Shown: in pieces, positions 14,722 to 25,032 of the stretch
Position numbering within the stretch: the stretch's first letter is position 1
How the letters are laid out: the number at the start of each line of letters is the position of its first letter
Assembly (NCBI GenBank): GCA_014905635.1
Contig: JABVCE010000026.1
Span: forward strand, 1 to 64,000
DNA from: Scenedesmus sp. PABB004
Lineage: Eukaryota
Reading direction: 5' to 3'
DNA: 64,000 nucleotides
Made by a program: the position numbers and the translations under genes
Notes under the pieces: model-generated
Told to the model about the DNA's origin: nothing
Databases searched by the model: none
What the model saw: only the letters and a program-made list of their open reading frames with translations

Positions 14722-16041
14722 TCACCAGAAGCCCATCACGCTGTAGCCGCCGTCCACCGCGATGGTCTGGCCCGTGATGTACCGCGCGGCGGGGGTGGCC
14801 AGGAACGCGACGAGGCCTGCCGCCGGGCGGCGCCGGGCGCGGCGCGCGCGTGAGCTGGCCGCGGCCCGACGCAGCGCGCTGTGCAGGCGGCGCGCCGCGC
14901 CCCAGCCGGCGGCGCGCACCCGACACGTCCTCCGGCTGCGCGAGGCGCCCCAGCGGCGTGCGGGCGATGAGGCGCTCAACAAGTGCGGGGTCCTTCAGGT
15001 TCTGCAGCCGCGCAGGACGGCGTCACTGCGCCGGGCCGCCAGGGCGGGGCTGCCGCCAGGCGGCAAGGCCGGCTGCGCCCCCCACCTGCTTTCCCAGCTC
15101 CGTGAGCGTAACCCAGGGCGCCACGCTGTTGACCCGGATGCCCGCGCCCGCCCACTCGCACGCGAGGCTCGCGGCGAGCTGGTTCAGCGCCGCCTTGCTC
15201 GCCGCGTAGAGGCTGCCGCTGCGCCCCGCCAGCGGGCCGCCCGCGACGGAGGAGATGAACACCACCACCGCGTCGCGCGCCGCGCCGCCGCACCCAGCGG
15301 CGGCCGCGGCGGCGGCGCCCGCGTCGGTGCCAGCGGGCGCGCCGTCCGCGGCTGCGGCGCCGTCGGCTGCGGCCTCCTGGCCGCCGCCGTCATGCGCCGC
15401 GCCGGCGGCTGCGCCGGCGGCTAGCAGCGGCTGCATGAGCTGCGTGAGGCTGAAGGTCGCCTCCAGGTTGGTGCCCACGATGCGCTCATAGTCGGCCGCG
15501 CCGTACGCCAGCGTCGGCAGCTGCGTGTTGGTGCCTGCGCTGCACACTGTGCGCGCGGCGCAGGCGGCCGGGGCGGGGCGCTGCGCCGGCGCCGTGCCGC
15601 GGCCGCGGCGCCGCCCGGCCCGCGCGCCCGCTGCTGCGGCGGCGCCTGCGCCCGCGCGCGCGGCTCTCACCCAGCACGTGCAGCTCGCCGCCAAACGCCT
15701 GCGCCACGCGCTCCGTCAGCTGCTGCCGCTGGCTGGCGTCGGACAGGTCGGCGGTGCAGCCCTGCGCGGCGCGGCGCGCGCCGTGGGCGCGGCGGCGGCG
15801 CGCCCCTGGGGGCGCCTGCGCCGCCCGCCGCCCTGGGACAGCGCGGCGCCCGTACCTGCGCGTCGACGCCGCGGCCGCGGAGGTCGGCCACCGCGTCCGC
15901 CACGTCCTGCGCGCCGCGCGCGCAGATGAACACCTGCGCGCCCAGCGCGCCCAGCTCCGCCGCGACGGCGCGCCCGATCCCGCGGCTGCCGCCGGTGACC
16001 AGCGCCTTGCGCCCGGCCAGCCCGAACCGGCCGGAGGGCAT
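14722..16041 (-). CDS. Tropinone reductase-like short-chain dehydrogenase/reductase
   Basis: RFGLAGRKALVTGGSRGIG, YAASK catalytic motif, LACEWA..GIRVNSVAPW, YITGQTIAVDGGYSV. Confidence 0.92.
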
Positions 16042-16390
16042 CGCGCGGCCGGCGGTCGGGCGGCGCGCGAGTGCGGTGGGCCCGGCGCTGCTGCTGCTGC
16101 TGCGGCGGCGGCGCGGGCGCGGGCCCGCGAGCGAGAGCGCCGGGCGGGCCGGGCGGGCGTGGTCAGGCGGTAGTAGTCTGGTCGAGCAGCGCGCGGGCGG
16201 GGTGGCGACCGTCAGCCCAGTCAGCCGCTGCGAGGGTTCCGCCGCTGTCGTCGGCCGCCGCGCCGCCGCCGCCCTCCCCGCCACGGCGGGCGGCGCGCCG
16301 TCATTCCGGACGCCCCGCAGTGCAACGAGGTCAGTCTCGAGCCGCCCCCGGCCCTCTCGCAGTCGGTTGCTGCCCCGTCGACCCGCCGCC

Positions 16391-18263
16391 ATGCTCGAAA
16401 CGGCCCCCGGCGGTCCCGCCCCGGGCACTCTTGTGTTCCTGGGAACCTACACGGACCATGCCGTGCTGCCGCACTGGCCCTACACCGAGGCGCAGGGGCC
16501 GGGGCTGGTCGTCGCCCGATGGGCGGAAAACGGCTCCCTGGAGCGCCTGCACACCGTGCCCTGCCTCAACCCGGCGTTCATGAAGTGAGGGGATGCCGAA
16601 CGTGGCTTAGCGGGCCTCAGGGGCGCCGCGCGGGCGGCGAAATCGCTCCACCGTGGCTTGGCCGGGCGCCAGCGCCGCGCCAGCGCGCCGGGCCGCGCCG
16701 CGCCGCCGCCCGACACGCGGGATCTGGCTCGAGTGACGCGTGGGCGCCGGCGGGCCGCCGCGAGCGGCGGTCGGTCGCGCCGGTCTTCGCGGGTGCCGGG
16801 CGCCGCGCCCCGGCGCCGGGGGCCGCGCCCGCCCGGCCTGGGCCGCGCCGCGGCGTTCGCCACGCCGTCGGGGCAGTGCCGCCGCGCGGCGCGGCCGTCG
16901 CTGACCGCGCCGCCGCCTGCCGCCCGCCGCCTGCGCCGCGCTGCCCGCCGGCGCAGGTACCACCCTCGCCTGAACGTGCTCTACGTGCTCTCGGAGTGCA
17001 TCCACCGCAACGGCTACCTCACCGCCTTCTCGGTCGACCCCGCGAGCGGCGCGCTGGCGGAGCTCGCGCGGCTGGACATGACGGGCAAGTCGACGTGCTA
17101 CATCTCGTTCGACCGCGACGCGCGCCACGCGGTCGTGAGCAACTACTGGGACGGCATCATCGACGTCGTGGAGCTCGACGACCGCGGCGTGCCCACGCGC
17201 GTCGCGCAGTCGCACCAGCAGACACGCCGCGAGACCTGGCGCCAGGTCGTGAGCCGCGAGGTGCACGGCGCGCGGCGCGCGGCGGCGCGCCGCCGCCGCG
17301 CGCGCCGCGCCGCGCCGCCCGCGCGCCGACCCGCGCGCGCGCCGCCGCAGGACCACATGGCCAACCGCCAGGACGGCCCGCACGCGCACTGCACGGTGTT
17401 CCACCCGAGCTTCCGCTGGGTGTTTGTGCCCGACCTGGGCGACAACTGCATCCACCAGTACGCCTGGCGCGACGGCCGGCTGGCGCACGAGGCCTTCATC
17501 CAGCTGCCCCCGGGCGACGGGCCGCGGCACTTTGTGTTCCACCCCACGCTCCCGGTCGCCTACTCGGGCTGCGAGCTCGGCAGCCGCCTGCAGGTGCGGC
17601 GCGGCGCGCCGCGCGCGCGCGGACGCGCGCGGCCGCGGCGTCGCTGCGTGCTGCGCTGCGCGCGCACGCCCCGCGCCGCCGCCCACGCCCGCCGCCGCGC
17701 GCTGGGCGCAGGTGTTTGCGGTGGACGAGTCCGACCCCGACGAGGTGCGGCCGCGCATCACGCCGCTGGAGAGCCACCCCACGCTGCCGGCCGGGTTTGG
17801 GTCCACCAACTACGTCGGCGAGATCAAGGTCGACGGCAGCGGGCGGCACGTGTACGTGAGCAACCGGGGGCACAACTCGATCGCCGTGTACCGCGTCGAC
17901 CCTGGCAGCGGGCGCGTGACACCGGTGAGCATCGACGCCGCCGACGGGCGCACGCCGCGGCACTTTGGGCTGTCGCCGTGCGGGCGCTTTGCCGTGGTGG
18001 GCGACCAGGACAGCGACGTGGTCAAGGTCTTCAGCGTCTGCCCCGCCTCGGGCCGCCTCTCGCTGCTGCCCGGAGCGGAGCAGCACCTGCCCGCGCCCAA
18101 CTTTGTGCTCTTCCAGCGGCCGCACGCGCTGCCGCGCCCCGCGAGCGCCGCGGGCGCGCCCGCGCGGGCGCTGCTGGTCGAGGCGTCGGCCATGGCCGCG
18201 GGGCACGAGTGCGAGCACCAGGACATCCTCGCCTCGCCCACCGCCATGGTGGCCTGCAGCTGA
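16391..18263 (+). CDS. Seven-bladed beta-propeller lactonase (Pgl/YbhE 6-phosphogluconolactonase family)
   Basis: VFLGTYT, NPAF, HPRLNVLYVLSE, SNYWDG, RQDGPHAH, VPDLG.N, GDGPRHFVFHP, VYVSNRGHNSIAVY, GRTPRHF, DQDSD. Confidence 0.9.
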
Positions 18264-19529
18264 GCCGCCGGCGCCGCGGTCCGCGGCTGTGAAGCGTGTC
18301 TGTCGAGCAGTACATGTGTGGTCTTGAGCGCCGCGTGCGGCGCTGGGAGGAGCGCCGCGTGCGGCGCTGGGAGCGCCGCCGCGCGGGGGCCTCCCTGCGC
18401 GGCGCGGGCCTTTGCCTCGGAGCGGGCGCCCTTGCTTGTTTGGCAGTCGGTGTGCGGCTTGGATGCCGTGACTGGCTGGCTGATGCATGCGCTTGAGGGA
18501 GGGGCGGGGAGCGCGTGCGCCTGCGGTGCAGGCGGCGGCGGCGGCCCTGGGCTGCCGCGCGCCCGCAGCCCGTTGCGGCGCGGCCGGCGCGCCCACCCGG
18601 CATCGTACCAATTCGGAGTGCGCGTGCCGCCTGCTGCCGGCCCTCCTGCCGGCGGCGGCGGCAGCGCGGCCACGCGCGCGCCTGCGCAGGCGCGCGCGGG
18701 GCAGGAGTGCATCCAGCCGCGGCGGAGCGGCGGCTGGACGAGCTTGGGCGCGGACAGGGGCAGCGCAGCTGCCGTCCAGCAGGCGGTTGGGGGAGGCGTG
18801 CAGGCGGGGCGCCGCCCCAGCAGGTTGGTTGTGGGTGGTTTTTTCTCGGCGGGCACCAGCAGCGGCACGGAGGGCGGCAGCGTCGCGCCGACAGCCCCGC
18901 CCGCTCACGGCGGGGGGTGACGCGCCGTGCGGCGCCCGGGGTTTTGCGCGTCCGAGGCTGCTGCTGAGAGCGCAGCGGCTGTGTGTGTTGGTCGTCCCTG
19001 CATCCGCCGGCGGCGCGGGGCCCGGCCACTGCCGCCCCCCGCGCGCCGGCGGACCCTTCGTTTACTCTGCAGTCCTGCCCGCACGCGGGCCGCGTCTCTT
19101 ACCCCGCCCGGCGCCCCGCTGCTGCGCCGCAGCGCAGGCCCGGGCGGCGTGTACCAACATTTCTACTAGACAGCAGCGTGCGGCGGCGCGGCGTGTGTGC
19201 GGCGGCGGCCGGGGGCAGCCCCTCGGCCGTGCGCCGGCAGGGCGGGGAGCTGCAATTGGAGCCGTTACTCGTGCGGCGGCAGGGAGCCCGCCAGCGCAGC
19301 ACCCAGCCGTGCGCGGCGCGTTGTTCCACGCGAGCAGCAAAATCGCGCGCCGCACAGCCCGCTCATGAGCAGCGCAGGCGCGCGCTCGCGCCGCCCGCCG
19401 CTCAGCGCGCCGGCGGCTGATCCCGGCACGCGCCCGCCGCGCCGCCAGCCCACTGCGCCCCGCCCAGACCTCCCTGCCCGCGCCCAGCTCGCCGCCTGCC
19501 CCGCTCGCCGCGCGCCGCGCGCCGCCGCC

Positions 19530-21011
19530 TCACGCGGCCTTGGGCGCGAGGAAGGGCTGCGTGAACTCGGGCATCGCGGCGCGCTTGTCCGGGTGCGTGA
19601 TCGCGGCGTCGAGGCGCGCGTACTCGTCGCAGACCGCGCTCCACGCGGCGTGCGCGAGCGCGGCCTGCGCGGCGTCCTTGTCGTCGAGCCCCTCCACGAC
19701 CGCGGGGACGTCGAGCTCCTCGCACAGGCTGATGCCCACGCCCGACCACGCGGTGAGGCGGCGCTCGCCGAGCTCCTTGTCGACCGTCTTTGGCGGCGGC
19801 ATGACGGGGTAGCTGAACATGGCCATGGGGTAGAGGTGCCCCGGCTGCTTCGCCCGGTTGACCAGGTTGCGCATCAGCTCCACCGCGGCCGCGTCAAACG
19901 CGTCGGGGCTCCACACGTCGCCCTTGGGCCGGTCGCGGCCGCCGCTGGGCGCGATCCACACGAGCGTGCCGCCCTTGTTGAACGCGCGCTGCATCGCGAC
20001 CAGGGTCTTGCGGTTGGTCTCCATCTTGGCGGCCTTGAGCTCCGGCACGTCGCCGAGGTGCTTCTTGGAGTGCACGCAGAAGAGGTTGCGCCCCATGCTG
20101 AACGGCTTGCACAGCGCGTCGGTCACGACGCGGTCGCCCGCGACGTAGATGACGTCGGTCGCCAGCCCCGGGTGGCTCGCGGACAGCATGTGCGCAAACA
20201 CGCCCGGGTCGGCCTCGGTCTGGTGGTTGGCCAGCAGCACCACGTTGTGCCCCGCCGCGAGCTGCTCCGCGACGGCGTCCCAGCGGCGCGCGTGGCCGAG
20301 CACACTGTTGTCAAAGTCGATGAGGCTGCCCACGTAGCGCTGCCCAAACGCGTAGTAGTTGTACGGCTCCAGCAGGCGGCTGTGCGCGCTGGGGAAGGTG
20401 TAGGGGTCGACAAACTGGTTGAACACGCAGTCCGCGATCGTGCACTGCACCTTGGTCGCGACCAGCTCGGGCGAGTCCACGCCGCTGCTCTCGACCGCGG
20501 CGCGGTAGTTGCCGTAAAAGTCGACCCACCCCGCCTGCAGCTTGGGCGGCAGCTTGCCCGCCTCCACCATCTTGGTGATGATGCCCAGAAACTCCTGCGA
20601 CCGCCGGCCGCAGCGCGCGAGGCGCGCGCGTGGGGCGCCGGCCGCGGCGGCGCGGGGCGCGGCGCGCCTGCTGCGCCGCGCCCGTGCTGTGGCCGGGCAG
20701 GCTGTGTGCTCGCCCGCCGCCCGGCGGCCAGGGCGCCGCCGCGGCCGGCGGCGGCGGAGCGCCGCGCGGCGCGGCAGCAGCGCCGCGCGCCGCGGCGGCG
20801 GCGCGCGGGGGCGCAGCAGCACCTTCTCGGTGCGCGGCTGGCCCCACATGGGGTTGATGAACTGGATGTCGCTCAGGTCCACCGCCTTGGCCGACGCGCT
20901 GGGCGCAGCGGCCGGGGCAGCGGCGCGCACCGCGACGCGGGCGCTGCGGCCCGGCCGCGCGGCCCGCACGGCCAGCGCGGGCCGCCCCGACGACGCCAGC
21001 GAGGCCGCCAT
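19530..21011 (-). CDS. ATS1: Plastid glycerol-3-phosphate acyltransferase (2 exons)
   Basis: Transit-peptide-like N-terminus; NVVLLANHQTEADP (HX4D), VAGDRVVTD.LCKPFSMGRNLFCVHSKKH, WIAPSGGRDR, MPPP. Confidence 0.96.
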   Translation of the reverse strand: MAASLASSGRPALAVRAARPGRSARVAVRAAAPAAAPSASAKAVDLSDIQFINPMWGQPRTEKVLLRPRAPPPRRAALLPRRAALRRRRPRRRPGRRAAGEHTACPATARARRSRRAAPRAAAAGAPRARLARCGRRSQEFLGIITKMVEAGKLPPKLQAGWVDFYGNYRAAVESSGVDSPELVATKVQCTIADCVFNQFVDPYTFPSAHSRLLEPYNYYAFGQRYVGSLIDFDNSVLGHARRWDAVAEQLAAGHNVVLLANHQTEADPGVFAHMLSASHPGLATDVIYVAGDRVVTDALCKPFSMGRNLFCVHSKKHLGDVPELKAAKMETNRKTLVAMQRAFNKGGTLVWIAPSGGRDRPKGDVWSPDAFDAAAVELMRNLVNRAKQPGHLYPMAMFSYPVMPPPKTVDKELGERRLTAWSGVGISLCEELDVPAVVEGLDDKDAAQAALAHAAWSAVCDEYARLDAAITHPDKRAAMPEFTQPFLAPKAA

Positions 21012-21357
21012 GGCGGGGGAGGCGCGAATTGGCCCGCGCGGTTGATTGATGGCCCGGGCGCGCCGGTGCTGCTGCCGCCGCGGCCTGCTGCTGCTGCCGG
21101 TGCCTGCGCGCGGTAAGCGACGCTGTGGTGTGTGCTCACGCAGCGGTTTGGCGGCAGCGCAGCGAGCGCCAAATTCGCGCCCCCCGAAGTCGCCAATCCC
21201 GGCTGCGCTCTAGGCCGCTGTAGTCTGTCCCCGTGTCTGCGTGCTGTGTGCTCGGCGCCAGCGCGCAGGGTCGGGCGCGCGCCGCGCCGCTGCTGCTGCC
21301 GCCGCCGCTGCTGCGCGCCGCGCAGCCGCGCGCGAGGCGGCGCGGGCTGCTGCGCCC

Positions 21358-24300
21358 ATGATCATCTACAGGTGCGACCAGGGCGTCGCCGCGCCCGGCG
21401 GCATCGCCGCGACGCCTGGCGGCGCGGCGCGGGCAGCTGCGCGCACGAGCTGCAGGCGCGACCCTCAGACGCCCGGCCCGGCCCAGCAGCGGCTGGCAGC
21501 TGGCCCCGGTGGCGCCAGCTCGCCGCTGCGGCTGCTGGGAGCGCCCTGGCAGCAGCGGCGGCGGCGCCGCGCCGCTCGCCGCCCACTGCGCCGCTGCCCG
21601 CCGCGCACCGCCCCGCCGCCCGCGGCGCAGCAAGACGCTGTGGGGGCTGCCGCTGCTCACGCGGCTCTACGGCTCCGCCCTCCCCCGCGCGCTGGGCCCG
21701 GCCCTGGTCAGCGGGCTCATCACGCTGTGCCTGCTGGCGGCCGGCGACCACGTCGCGGCGCTCTGGTGCGCGCCGCGCGCTGCGCCCGCACCGCCGCGCC
21801 CGCCGCGCGCGCCCCTGGCGTGCCACACCTCTGCGCGCGCGCGCGCCGCCGCCGGGCAGGAGCCACCCGTACGCCTACCAGCCCTTTGTGCTGCTCGTGA
21901 GCTTCGTGCTCACCTTCAGGCGCGCCGCCGCCGGCGCGCGGGGAGGGGAGGGGACCCCAGCGCGCGCTGGAGGGGACCCCAGCGCGCGCTGGGGGAAACC
22001 CTCTCCCCCAGACGTGGGGGCGTCGCCCGGCGGCGCGCGGCGAGCGGCGCGCGGCCGCCCCCGACCGCGCCCCGGCGCGCACGTGCGCGCCGCAGGAGCA
22101 ACTATGCCTACCAGCGTCACTGGGAGGCGTATTCGAACGTGCAGTCCATGACCGCGCGCTGGCTCGACGCCGCAACGCAGGCGCGCGCGGGCGCGGCGCG
22201 CCAGCCGTGCTGCTGCCGCCACCCGGCCGCGCCCCGACCCGCGCCGCGACCCGCGCCGTGACCCCCCCCCCCTGGCGCCCCCCAGATCATCCTGTTTGAC
22301 CGCCACCCCCAGGCGCCCGACGGCGCGCCGCAGCCCGCGCGCGGCGCGCGCGGCGCGCCCGCTGCCGAGGGCCACGCCGCGTTTGTAGGCGAGGTGGTGC
22401 ACCTGCTGAGCCTCATGCATGGCCTCGCAGCAGCGGCGCTGCGCAGAGACGCCGACCTCGGCAACCTCTCGCGCCACCGCGCCGGCCAGGAGGCGCCGCC
22501 GTCTGACCCCGCGCTGCGGCCGCAGCACAGCGGCGCGGCCGCCGCCGCCGCCGCCGCCGCGAGCGGCGCGCCGGGCGAGGGGCCGGGCGCGTGCGGCAGC
22601 GGCACGAGCGCCGGCAGCCTGGGGCGCTGGGCGGCGTCACACCTGGGCGGCGGCGGCGAGGGCGACATCGTGGGGCGCGTCAACTGGCGCGACGTGATCA
22701 TGCTGCGCGGCAGCAGCCGCACGCTGCGCAAGTACAACGCTGCCACGCCCCTGCCCGTGGTGGCGGGGCTGGCGCCCGAGGAGGCGGCGGCGCTGGGCTG
22801 CCTCGCGGAGGGCGGCTGGGGCGACCCGGGCGCGCGGGGGCTCGCGACCGACATCGGCTGGGGCGGCGCCGTCGACGGCCGCTGGCCGGGCGGCGCGCCG
22901 GCGCGCAGCGGCGGCAGCGACGGCGGCAGCGGCGGGCGGCTGTGGGGCCTGTGGCGGTCGGCGCAGTCGGAGCCGGCGGCGCCGCGGGCGCGCTCGCGCT
23001 CCTTCTCCGAGGGCATGGCCGAGGCCGCGGCCGCGCTCAAGGCGGCGGCGGCGCACGCGGCCGCGGCGCCGCCGCCCAGGCCCCGCTCGCCCGCCGCGCG
23101 GCGGCGCGGCAGCGGCAACGGCAGCGCCAACGGCGCCGCGACGCCGCCGGGTCCGCGCGGCGAGCGCGCGTCGCGGCGGTTCCGCGTGAGCGTCAACCGC
23201 AGCTGCTGCGCGCTGCACCTCGCCTACATGGACCGCCCGCTCGTGGTGCTGGCCTGGCTGCAGCAGCTGCTGCTCGAGCGCCAGGCCGCGGGCGGCCTGC
23301 GCCTGCCGGCGCCCATCCTGGCGCGCGTCTACACGGTGAGGCCCAGCCCCCCCCCCCGCAGGGGCGCCCCGGGGGCAGCGGGGCGCTGCTGCGCTGCGCG
23401 GCTGCGGCGCGTGCCGCGCCGTGCCCAGCGCGCCGCCCGCGCGCCGCGCCGCGCCGCCAGTCCCTGAGCGACGGCATGCACGCGTACGAGCAGTGCCGCA
23501 AGCTCGCCGACACGCCCTTCCCCTTCCCCTGGTGCGCCGCGGCGGCGGCGGCGGCGGCGCGGCGGCGCGGAGGCTTTGCGCTGGGCGCGGCGCGGCGGCG
23601 CGGCGGCGCAGAACGGCGGCTGCGCCCGCCGCCCCCCACCCACCTGTCCCCCACCCACCCGTCCCCCACCCACCCGCGCGCGCCGCGGCGGGGGTTCAGG
23701 GCCCAGTTTGTGCTGGTCATGCTGCTGCTCTTCACCGCGACGCTCCCGCTGCTGGTGCTCGCCTACGTGCCCAACAGCGCCCTGGTCCGCCCGCAGCGCG
23801 CCGCCGGGCGCCGCCGGGGGCGCGCCGCGGGCGCCGCGCGCGGCACGGCGCGGCGCGGCGGCGCCGTGACGCCGCGCGCGCGCGCGCGCGCCGCGCAGGC
23901 GGTCGTGCTGTGCGTGGTGAGCACGGCCACGTTTTGGGCGGTCAACGAGGTGGCCCGGGACGTGGAGGACCCCTTCCTGTACGAGCCCAACGACATGCCC
24001 CTCGCCAACGCGCAGTTCCACTTCAACACGGTGCTGCTCGCGCTCGCCTCGGTGCAGCGCCCCGCGCGCGCCGCGGCGGCGCCGGTGCTGCTGCCCAGCG
24101 CGGCGGCGGCGGCGGCGGGCGCGGCGAGCAGCATGGGCCTGCGCGTCGGCTCGGCCCTGCCCGGCATGCTCGGCGGCGGCGGCTCCGCCGGGGAGCACGA
24201 CCTGGGGGAGCGCAGCAGCTGGGACGCAGGCAGCGGCAGCGACGACGGCGACGCGCCGGGGGCGCCGCGGCGGCGGCGCAGCCCGGACGCCGCCGGCGAC

Positions 24301-24402
24301 TGCCTGCCCGCGCGGGACGCAACGCCCCGAGCCAGCCGCGGCGGTGCCCCCGCAGCCGGCGGCGCCTGGCGGCAGCAGCAGCGCAGCGACGACCTGGTCT
24401 GA
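21358..24402 (+). CDS. Bestrophin-like (UPF0187/RFP-TM) anion channel with a long low-complexity cytosolic insert
   Basis: LYGSALPRA, SFVLTFR|SNYAYQRHWEA, CRKLADTPFPFPW|AQF, AVNEVARDVEDPFLYEPNDMPL. Confidence 0.9.
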
Positions 24403-24578
24403 CTGTTGCGGTGCTCGAGTTGAGGCGCGGCGGCGGCGTCGGGGGTTACTAACCAAGGGATGAGAGAGAGGGTGCTGTGAGAGTGAACTGAACTGATTGA
24501 TAAGCGATGGGGCATGCAGGTGCTCCTCAAGCGCTCCTGCGCGCGCGTCTCTCGAGCGTGCGGCCGCGACGGCCGATG

Positions 24579-24583
24579 TGTAA
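24579..24583 (+). terminator. Probable TGTAA polyadenylation signal of the bestrophin gene
   Basis: Chlorophyte near-upstream element TGTAA about 180 nt after the stop codon. Confidence 0.55.
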
Positions 24584-25032
24584 ACTCGCCACGTGCTGCC
24601 AAGATAGGTAGGCCAGCGGTCCGCGCTGCGCACAACGTTCCTTGCGCTCTGGGCTGCCCCCAGCCAGCACTTGGGCTCAAAGAATTGAGAGAGGGAACCC
24701 GCGGGACAAATCAATCGCACACATCTGCACCACGCGAGCCCCCCCCCCCCACCGCCAGCCCCGCCCCTAGGTATCTAGCTTAGGTTATGTGCGCAGCACC
24801 AGCCGCGCTGCGTACGCAGCAGCAGCAGCAGCCCCCCTGCCCCTCCCCCCTTCTGCTACTAGCCTCGGCCGCCCGTTCAGCGGGCGCTCGCGCCCGCGCG
24901 GCCTCGTTCCGGAGTCCGGCAGGGCGCCGGCCGCGCAAGGGCGCGGCCGCGCGCCAGCAATGCATAACGCAGACGGCAGCTCTACGCGTTGCCGCCGAGG
25001 CGTTTCCCGGGGGCCGTGGCGGCGCGGGCCGC

